Origin: Desulfobacterales bacterium
Lineage (GTDB): Bacteria; Desulfobacterota; Desulfobacteria; Desulfobacterales; UBA5616
Assembly (NCBI GenBank): GCA_046483495.1
Contig: JAWODC010000027.1
Span: 1 to 15,037 of the forward strand
DNA length: 15,037 bases
Direction: 5' to 3'
Each line of letters starts with the position of its first letter. Position 1 is the stretch's first letter. The notes beneath the pieces were generated by a model. The model worked only from the letters and a program-made list of their open reading frames with translations, was not told where the DNA came from and did not search any database. The position numbers and the translations under genes are program-made. Shown here piece by piece: positions 8,433 through 15,037 of the stretch.

Positions 8433-8516
8433 AAAGCCCTCACAATTTTTATTGGGGTTATGTTTCAAATTGAATACCCTTTTTTCATGGCATTGCCTTT
8501 TGTACTTGCCGTTACA

Positions 8517-8865
8517 TTATACGAGCCCGCGTTTTTTAAAATATACGTGATAGCCCACAACAATGGATTTCAGCATGGATTGGCTGATGGATATTCCTTT
8601 TGGATCATACTCCTTTAAAAGGCTTTTACCGATCTCATCAAGGGTCACGTTTTGTTTAAGCGCGGCGAGAATCAAATTGCCATGCTTTTTAATTTTCCGG
8701 AACGATCAACGCCGTCCCGGTTTCGATCAGCGTTATTCCATCACCAATGACAAAGTAAACGCCGCTTACGCCATAAGCGTTTACCTGCCTCGAATCAAGA
8801 TAGTAGATATGCGGTTCGACCTGCGAAATTATATTTTTTCTAAATGGTATTAGGCTACGGCTCAT
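8517..8865 (-). pseudogene. MBL-fold hydrolase with a large internal deletion
   Basis: N-terminal MSRSLIPF...IYYLDSRQVNAYGVSGVYFVIGDGITLIETGT joins out of frame near 8700 to RKIKKHGNLILAALKQNVTLDEIGKSLL...MLKSIVVGYHVYFKKRGLV* (TAA 8517-8519). The HxHxDH core is missing. Confidence 0.75.
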
Positions 8866-9641
8866 CCTGACCGTAAACATGGTATCGGCCGTTGATCCAT
8901 TCCTGAAGTCCTGAGGCGTAATACTTGGAAAATCTCAGCTCCGACGGCCGGCCGGCCAGATTGGTGTAAAGGATATTTTCTCCCAGATCGGTGGTCATCC
9001 GGTATGAAAGGGCAGATGTAGCGGGTTGGTCCATGGCTTTGAATATCTGGGCCTGGGGAATTGTGGCGCGGCTTCCGATATGTTCATGGGAACCGTAGTC
9101 GAATCCCAGGGATTTCGGCAGCCGCCCCCCGAAAAACAGACTGCGGATGAAGACATGACGGGTTTTTCCATAGGCAACAGCGGCGTCTTCAAGTCCGCGT
9201 TCGATCGCCTGGCGCAAAACATCGTCTCTTAAACGATCGCCGAACCAGGCGGGGGAGGAGTTCAGCAGAACGTCATCGAAAAAACCGTGCAGAAAAGCAA
9301 ACAGCGGCGTTTCAGCGACGATGGAATTCATGACCGTTGTCCCCAATATTCCACCGAAAATCAATTCCATGCAAGCGGCGTAAAAGCGCTCAAACAGCGT
9401 TGCCCCAAAGAATCGGCATCGTATCGGCAGTCCCAATTTTTCAGAAGTCTGCCGTTCTCCGTATCCGGAAGAAGGGGCCGGATGAGCGTCATGAACGCTT
9501 CGGCCTGCAGCGAATACAAATCGTAATGCATCGTTTTCATGGCTTCAATGGCCAGGGCCTTTCCAGTTCGAAATCTGCGTTAATATGCGGAAAACCATCC
9601 GCCATTCTTTTAATCCGGATTTTTCCCCTGTCCGCTTTCAT
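8855..9641 (-). pseudogene. Penicillin acylase (Ntn-hydrolase) family gene with a large internal deletion and a 1-bp frameshift
   Basis: The start region MKADRGKIRIKRMADGFPHINAD resembles the acylase I.RD..G.PHI.A motif. The frame jumps near 9563 to AMKTMHYDLYSLQAEAF...LLKNWDCRYDADS, shifts again at the C4 run 9403-9406 to GATLFERFY, and ends SYRMTTDL..TNLAGRPSELRFSKYY...W..G.Y. Confidence 0.85.
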
Positions 9642-9913
9642 CGTAATTTATTTGTCTTTAAATATAATGGGTTATCATCTCATGACGGCTGAAAAACGAA
9701 GGAAAGTGAAAGAATAAGAAATCGGGCTTTAGACGCATCTTTTCACAACCATACGATAAAAACCCAAAAAAATATACTATAAAAATTCTTCATCCGCGTA
9801 TTGATCTGACACTGGATGTTTGTAATACTTTTTTTAGAGCATAATAGCCGTTCCATGTCATTACACCGGCGAATCCGCTGTCTCAAAACTTCGGGGTTTT
9901 CAACCTGATGTCT

Positions 9914-9978
9914 CCTGAGATATCGGTTCAGAACCCAGAAATATTCGCTTTCCGGAATACCTGTGATAAGTCTGACAT
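9914..9978 (-). repeat. Dispersed 65-bp element, copy 2
   Basis: ATGTCAGACTTATCACAGG...AATATT...GATATCTCAGG, in the same register as copies 1 and 3. Confidence 0.7.
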
Positions 9979-10068
9979 TTCAAAGTCATATTAAACTTCT
10001 GATCTCATATGATATCAAGTTATTATTATTTTTTTTTAATTGGTTTTGAGGCACATCAGGTAAGTCGT

Positions 10069-10977
10069 TTATTTCTTCATATACTTGCTTCGAGATTTAT
10101 ACGATAGAGCCGACAGCTTCACGGCATCTTTTAATGGTTCATAAATCAATTTTATAAATTTCTCGGGTAGATAATCGTAAACTCTTGCGGTAATTGTTGA
10201 TGTCAGGAAATCTAAATCATCAATCCGATCCTCTTGCTGACTAAAAATTTCTATCCAGCGCTCATACATGGCAACACTCCGGGCGAGATATTCCATTCCT
10301 TCGTTATCCATCAAACATCCAAAATGAGTCAGGCAGATGGCCTTGAAACCGGACTTTTTTACTTTTTCCACGGAAGAGAAAAAATCGCTTTCGGAAAAAT
10401 ATATTGTATTCGGATTCGGAACCACTAAGTTGCCACCCCATAACATACCCATGGCATCACCCACGAATAAAAATCGAGAGCGCTCATCCAGAATAGAAAT
10501 ATGATCAACCATGTGACCGGGCGTCTCGATTATCTTCAGGGACAATCCGGCGCCAAGGTCTACTACATCTCCCTCTCGAACTGGATTTACTTTCTCGACA
10601 TTGATAAAAGGCGCGTTTTCTTCCCCAAATACAATGTTGAAGGATTGGTCGGCAAGAAAAGGCACGGCTTTATCAGAAGCCATAACTTCAATGGGTTTGC
10701 CATCCTTTTTGGCTTGATCCACGAGATAGGGCACTCCCTGGGTATGGTCCCAATGGGAATGAGTTATTATCAGTTTGGCAGGAGGCCAGGCCGAAAGCTC
10801 TATGAGTCTGTCTCGGATAATGGGTGCGGAATTTTTTGTACCACCGTCAATGAGGCAAGACATCCCGTCTTTGTTTTTCAATAAAAATACGGCATGTGCC
10901 CTCTGCAAGCCTTGATGCACAGCGTCAATGAGAAACACTCTGTCTGTTATTTCTCCAGGTGCTCTGATTGCTGTCAT
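10069..10977 (-). CDS. MBL-fold metallo-hydrolase, 302 aa
   Basis: LIDGG, THSHWDHTQG, ETPGHMVDH, FVGDA and LTHFG motifs. AAGGAG RBS. Confidence 0.94.
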   Translation of the reverse strand: MTAIRAPGEITDRVFLIDAVHQGLQRAHAVFLLKNKDGMSCLIDGGTKNSAPIIRDRLIELSAWPPAKLIITHSHWDHTQGVPYLVDQAKKDGKPIEVMASDKAVPFLADQSFNIVFGEENAPFINVEKVNPVREGDVVDLGAGLSLKIIETPGHMVDHISILDERSRFLFVGDAMGMLWGGNLVVPNPNTIYFSESDFFSSVEKVKKSGFKAICLTHFGCLMDNEGMEYLARSVAMYERWIEIFSQQEDRIDDLDFLTSTITARVYDYLPEKFIKLIYEPLKDAVKLSALSYKSRSKYMKK

Positions 10978-11098
10978 GAGAAGCTCCTTACATCATAAAA
11001 TAATTTTAAAAATAATGATTCTTTTGACAAGGCCAGTTTTTGGATTCCAGATCACCATATCGGTTAATCCAACATCACCATTGAGATGCCGCATCATG

Positions 11099-11674
11099 TC
11101 AATTAATGATCTTTAGAATAACAGGTTCTTTTCTTTCCGGCATACTTGGCACATTACCGTCCTTTGGATATCCTAAAACAATAGGGGCGATAAGATGATG
11201 TCCCATAGGAAGCCCCAATTCTTTTAAGACGGTTTTATCCCGAATACCACCACCCAAGCCAACCCAACATGTACCCAAACCCCGAGAGGCCGCGGAAAGC
11301 ATAAAATAAGCAGCTAAAAGTCCAACATCCTCACGAATTGTGCTTACGCTGGTAGGCCCGGTAATGTAAACAAGGCAAGGGGCGTCATGGAAAAAGTTAA
11401 CTTTCTTCCTTTCTTTCAAATTTACAGCGTATTCTTTGAGTGGGGAATTTGGGTTCCGCTCTACGCTTTCGATAAAACCCAATCGGCTGACGTCGGAAAG
11501 CTTTTTCATGTATTCCTTGTTCATTATGATAATGAAATTCCAGGCCTGTTTGTTGCTGGCATTTGGCGCTTTAATGCTGTCGTTAATGATTTCTTTTACC
11601 AGTTGTATCGCTACGGGTCGGTCTTCAAATTGTCTGATGGATCGTCTGTTTATTAAAAGTTGTCTGAAATCCAT
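11099..11674 (-). CDS. Nitroreductase family protein, 191 aa
   Basis: NRRSIRQF, APNASNKQAWNF, LSAASRGLGTCWVG and IVLGYP motifs. AAGGAGG RBS at 11681-11687. Confidence 0.95.
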   Translation of the reverse strand: MDFRQLLINRRSIRQFEDRPVAIQLVKEIINDSIKAPNASNKQAWNFIIIMNKEYMKKLSDVSRLGFIESVERNPNSPLKEYAVNLKERKKVNFFHDAPCLVYITGPTSVSTIREDVGLLAAYFMLSAASRGLGTCWVGLGGGIRDKTVLKELGLPMGHHLIAPIVLGYPKDGNVPSMPERKEPVILKIIN

Positions 11675-11774
11675 TACAATCCTCCTTATTGTAATTCAAG
11701 GTCGATTAACGCTTTCTAAAGCAGATGCTTGAAATAAGTACTTTTTGGAAAACAAGTATGGGGAAACCGAAGTT

Positions 11775-12062
11775 TCATAAGAGTTCCAATTTGAACTCAT
11801 GAAGATCTTTCTTAACACGCTCAATTATGTCTAAAATCAATGACTCAAACAGCTCTTTAATAGTTAAGAAGATACTATAGAAATCAAGATTGGTATAACC
11901 TGTGATTTCATCCAAAATTGTGTAGATATCAGACAGACTCAAAACCCTGGATAAGTCTGACGTCGATACAAATTTTTCCTATCCCTTCATACAAATCACA
12001 TATTCGATATTGTTCAGTTTATTAATGGTCTGAAAATCAATGATGGGATAATTATTCTTCAT
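11775..12062 (-). pseudogene. Possible 95-codon small gene interrupted by one TAG; contains copy 3 of the 65-bp element
   Basis: MKNNYPIIDFQTINKLNNIEYVICMKG*EKFVSTSDLSRVLSLSDIYTILDEITGYTNLDFYSIFLTIKELFESLILDIIERVKKDLHEFKLELL*. The ATG overlaps the end of the SnoaL pseudogene, and there are 67 open codons after the TAG in AT-rich DNA. Confidence 0.35.
11899..11963 (-). repeat. Dispersed 65-bp element, copy 3
   Basis: ACGTCAGACTTATCCAGG...GATATC...GGATGAAATCACAGG. Confidence 0.75.
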
Positions 12063-12434
12063 TCACATTTTCCCAGTAGCTGTCTTTTCTGGAGATCTTT
12101 CCATCTTTTACATAGTATATAGATCAACGGCCCTGGCTTTGAATGCTTTGCCAGATTCATCGATTCCGCTAATCAAAAAGGAAGACACGATCAGGTCTTC
12201 AAAGAATCTGTTCTCAAAATTCTCATAAAAAACATCTTTCCATTCAGCTTTTCGACGTAAAATTTCTTTGCAAATTGCTTCGATACCTCTCAGAATTGTC
12301 CCAGTTGGTTCAGCCCCCTTATGTTAATGCCATTCGATATCGGTTGTGGTGCAATTCCTAAGCATAGAAGCGTCAGCGTTAAAAAATGCTTTCCCGAAAT
12401 CGGATAATAAACATTGTAACTTTTTGCGATCCAT
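12052..12434 (-). pseudogene. SnoaL-like / NTF2-fold protein pseudogene
   Basis: GGAG then ATG at 12434: MDRKKLQCLLSDFGKAFFNADASMLRNCTTTDIEWH*HKGAEPTGTILRGIEAICKEILRRKAEWKDVFYENFENRFFEDLIVSSFLISGIDESGKAFKARAVDL[fs]YYVKDGKISRKDSYWENVNEE*. In-frame TAA at 12324-12326 and a frameshift in the TATATA run at 12116-12121. DGKI.RKDSYW is a typical SnoaL-like C-terminus. Confidence 0.88.
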
Positions 12435-12543
12435 GTTTTCTCCAAAATTATTGTTTTGATATCCTCCAGCTCTTTGCCCCATGATACAAGATCAGCCATT
12501 TTCTCTCCTTGAAAAAGCTATCATTTTATGGACTTGGATATCA

Positions 12544-13611
12544 TCAACGCATTTTATTCAGTCTTTCAAAAATGAGCTTTGTCTCTTTCATTATTCTTTC
12601 GATAAGATCCCGGCAGCTTGGAATGTCTGAGATCATTCCGGCACCCTGACCAACAGTTATGGAATTATTCTCCAATTCTCCGAATATAAACGAAGAGACA
12701 GTTCTGTTGCTCTGTGCATTTTCAGGGGAATCTCCACTAATTTTTGTGATTTCATCATAAGTAAAATCACCCGCTTTTTCCGCCATAAATTTCTTCACGT
12801 AATCATTGATCAGCATCCTTATAGATCCCCGACGCTCCTCGACAAATCCCCGATTTCCGGTACCCGTATTTTGATCCGATACAGGCATACCGTGTCTGAC
12901 CGAGATGGTGCTGGTGTCCGTTGCCGCCATAACAGCTTTTTTAACATTGATATGGGCGGGGCACTCTTTTGTGGCCATGAACCGTGTGCCCATATAAACC
13001 CCTTCGGCTCCCAAAGAAAGGGCGCCGATAAGGCCTTTCGCATCGACAACGCCACCGCCTGCAACAACCGGAATGTCCACCGCTTCAGCCGCCTGGGGAA
13101 CAAGGCAAAATGTGGTTAATTGGTCAAAACCGCTATGGCCGCCACCCTCGGTTCCTGATACAACCACGGCGTCCACACCCGCAGCTTCAGCTTTTTGAAC
13201 GTGTCTCACCGTTGAACAGACATGGATGACCGTTATACCGGCTTCTTTCAGGCGTTGTGTATAAAACAGGGGACTTCCCTGAGAAACGATGGCCACGGGA
13301 ATTTTCTCCTGGATACCGACCTCAACGCATCGGTCGCTGAAGTCCCGATCCCATCCCACAACGCCGACAACAAAATTTACGGCAAAGGGTTGGCTCGTTA
13401 GCTTCCGACATCTTCGAATCTGCTCTCGAAGCCGCTCTCCGGTCTCCTCAACGTCCCGGGTTACCGACGTAAAACCGGCGTTGGGGCCGATGGTCCCAAG
13501 ACCGCCGGCCTCTGAAACGGCCGCTGCAAGATCGGCATCTGTTATCCATGCCATAGGTGCAAGAACAATGGGATGTTGGATTTTCAGCATCTGGGTTAAC
13601 TTTGTATTCAT
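12544..13611 (-). CDS. Nitronate monooxygenase / FabK-like FMN-dependent oxidoreductase
   Basis: HPIVLAPM, AVSEAGGLGTIG, PFAVN, GTEGGGHSG, PVVAGGGVVD, GAEGVYMGTRFMATKE and GQGAGMI motifs. ATG at 13611 with AAAGGG upstream fits the family N-terminus better than the track's TTG at 13695. Confidence 0.93.
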   Translation of the reverse strand: MNTKLTQMLKIQHPIVLAPMAWITDADLAAAVSEAGGLGTIGPNAGFTSVTRDVEETGERLREQIRRCRKLTSQPFAVNFVVGVVGWDRDFSDRCVEVGIQEKIPVAIVSQGSPLFYTQRLKEAGITVIHVCSTVRHVQKAEAAGVDAVVVSGTEGGGHSGFDQLTTFCLVPQAAEAVDIPVVAGGGVVDAKGLIGALSLGAEGVYMGTRFMATKECPAHINVKKAVMAATDTSTISVRHGMPVSDQNTGTGNRGFVEERRGSIRMLINDYVKKFMAEKAGDFTYDEITKISGDSPENAQSNRTVSSFIFGELENNSITVGQGAGMISDIPSCRDLIERIMKETKLIFERLNKMR

Positions 13612-13691
13612 TTTGGCGCCCTTTCTTGTAAAAAAATATTCCCACGGCCCTATCTTGTACCCGGATAGGCACTGCTTGTGGTATTTCGTAT

Positions 13692-14702
13692 TCAAACGGG
13701 TTTGTATCCTGCAATGCGGGTCAGAGACCCGGGAATGAAGGCGTTGACTTCGATATTGACATATCCAGCCGTTTTTAAATACGATTTGACTTCTCTTTCC
13801 GAGTGGGCCCTGCCCAGGCTCCCAAAGAGAGCTTCATGAAGTCCCCATAATGCCGGCCCCAGTGCCCCGTCCTTTCCATCTGATACGGTTTCACCCACCA
13901 CATGGTACTCGCCTCCAGGGACGAGGGCATTAAACCCTTTTTTCATTATTTTGATTAATGTTTCCTCATTATACTGGGGAAGGTTACTGGCCTGAATGAT
14001 AACATCAGGGCCTTTGGGAAAGGGATCGGAAGTAAAATTGCCCGAAAGTGTTGAAATTTTGTCTTCAAGTCCCCATTGCGCCACAAATTCCCTTGTCATC
14101 TTTGTCACCGGCTCAAAATCCATGACGATCGCCTTAAGATGAGGATATCGGTTGAGAGCGGCAATACAATAGGCGCCGGATCCCCCTCCCAGGTCCAGGA
14201 CCAGTTTCCGGTGGCTCATGTCCACATCCCTGGCAAACAAAAATCCCGCTCCCAGACCGACACTGTAAGTGGCTTCGTGATATTCCCTTGCCGTCTCGTC
14301 GGTAAGGCTTTCGTATATCCCCAGAACCCGTGGCGGGTCCCGGGTTGTTAAATATTGTTTTAAATTTTTCCAGCTCTCGAAGTCCTGTGTGGCAAACAGC
14401 AGCCATGGCCCCACATATGTCGGTTTACCCTTGACGAGAAACCGTTCAGCGTCCGCAGCATTTTTATATCCCCCTTCCTCCTTTTCCAGAAGTCCCATTC
14501 CGGCACAAGCCACTATCAGCCTTTCCGCGTTGAGTTCGTTTATTTCCAGTTTCCGCGCTATTTCCTTAAAAGATGCAGCCCCTTTTGATACTGCCGTGAA
14601 CAGGTCAAGTTCAATGGCGGCCCGAAGGGCTGCAGACTGCTTATGTCCGTAACTGATATTTTGGAGCCGAACAGTATCGACCCTGGTTTTCGGTGCATTC
14701 AT
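13692..14702 (-). CDS. Class I SAM-dependent methyltransferase, O-methyltransferase type (dimerisation domain + Methyltransf_2), 336 aa
   Basis: N-terminal LRAAIELDLFT..IARKL wHTH dimerisation region, VLDLGGGSGAY motif I, GNFTSDPFP, ALVPGG. Confidence 0.93.
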   Translation of the reverse strand: MNAPKTRVDTVRLQNISYGHKQSAALRAAIELDLFTAVSKGAASFKEIARKLEINELNAERLIVACAGMGLLEKEEGGYKNAADAERFLVKGKPTYVGPWLLFATQDFESWKNLKQYLTTRDPPRVLGIYESLTDETAREYHEATYSVGLGAGFLFARDVDMSHRKLVLDLGGGSGAYCIAALNRYPHLKAIVMDFEPVTKMTREFVAQWGLEDKISTLSGNFTSDPFPKGPDVIIQASNLPQYNEETLIKIMKKGFNALVPGGEYHVVGETVSDGKDGALGPALWGLHEALFGSLGRAHSEREVKSYLKTAGYVNIEVNAFIPGSLTRIAGYKPV

Positions 14703-14784
14703 GTGTTCACCTGTTAAATTATTGAAATGGTATCCACAAAAAATCAGAGCCGTGAATACTCCAGTTTCGGATAATTATTCTTGA

Positions 14785-14853
14785 GTTGAACGTTCAGGCT
14801 GACAGGTGTGCGGGCGCATTTTCCGCACATCCTCGTCAAGCCTGTTGTTATGG
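14785..14853 (-). mobile_element. Integron attC-like recombination site, 69 bp
   Basis: Minus strand CCATAAC-AA-CAGGCT(T)GAC(G)AGG(A)TGTGCGG-AAAATGCGC-CCGCACA-CCT-GTC-AGCCTG-AAC-GTTCAAC. It has AAC/GTT ends, an asymmetric unpaired spacer, three extrahelical bases on one arm, and the upstream stop codon in R''. Confidence 0.8.
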
Positions 14854-15036
14854 CGGTGCAACCCGGCCGGTATAAAACGGATCACATTCTTTATCCGTGA
14901 ACAGCCCTACCCCCTTTTCTATTATGTCCATAAACGGTCCTGCCAGGGCTACCAGGAATTTGGGAGTGTCCACCTTGGGGTTGTGAAAGTTCCCCTGAAT
15001 AGCTTGTTCAACTACCGCGCAACCCTCAGAATCAAC
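14848..15036 (-). CDS. 3' end of a hypothetical protein gene (probable cassette ORF), start outside the window
   Basis: Open frame ...VDSEGCAVVEQAIQGNFHNPKVDTPKFLVALAGPFMDIIEKGVGLFTDKECDPFYTGRVAPP* ending at TAA 14848-14850 inside CCATAAC. No family recognised. Confidence 0.65.
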   Translation of the reverse strand, partial: VDSEGCAVVEQAIQGNFHNPKVDTPKFLVALAGPFMDIIEKGVGLFTDKECDPFYTGRVAPP

Positions 15037-15037
15037 C

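Noticed and set aside
10993..11097. 34-codon minus-strand ORF between the nitroreductase and MBL genes
   Set aside because: It has no RBS and no recognisable similarity.
11979..11981. In-frame TAG (and the TGA in element copy 2) as pyrrolysine/selenocysteine recoding
   Set aside because: There is no supporting protein family, SECIS-like hairpin or pyl/sel genes in view, and neighbouring genes show ordinary decay.
12290..12499. 69-aa ORF in the track as a real protein
   Set aside because: Most of it overlaps the SnoaL-like pseudogene in another frame, and that frame carries the recognisable family motifs.
13612..13695. 28-codon N-terminal extension of the NMO gene and a small hairpin CCTATC-N9-GATAGG
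   Set aside because: Family similarity starts at ATG 13611, which has an RBS. The hairpin is too weak to call a terminator.
12046..14782. Exact 14-bp repeat GGATAATTATTCTT at 12046-12059 and 14769-14782
   Set aside because: It is AT-rich and short enough that one such match in 15 kb is plausible by chance, though both copies lie at gene boundaries.

Overview
The window has three parts. (1) 1-4941 is a defence locus. A minus-strand Type I restriction-modification operon runs hsdM - DUF4062/HATPase_c_4/wHTH accessory gene - 39-codon coupled mini-ORF - hsdS. The hsdS gene is cut inside its second target-recognition domain by an IS66-family element: the transposase 3' end is at 1-516 and the right terminal repeat ends at 731. 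hsdR is not in the window. (2) About 5300-14700 is a co-oriented minus-strand string of small-molecule enzyme genes: SAM methyltransferase, nitronate monooxygenase/FabK-like flavoprotein, nitroreductase, MBL-fold hydrolase, FAD oxidoreductase and a divergent IlvD/Edd dehydratase. Between them lie decayed genes that the ORF track misses or only partly shows: a SnoaL/NTF2 pseudogene, an internally deleted penicillin-acylase-family gene and an internally deleted second MBL hydrolase. Three spacers of this cluster share an unexplained, ungapped, in-register 65-bp element that could be a small-protein family or a multi-site operator. (3) 14785-15037 holds an integron attC-like site, with the stop codon of an upstream ORF inside its R'' box, i.e. 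the end of a probable gene cassette. All family calls come from motif recognition by eye; no database search was run.
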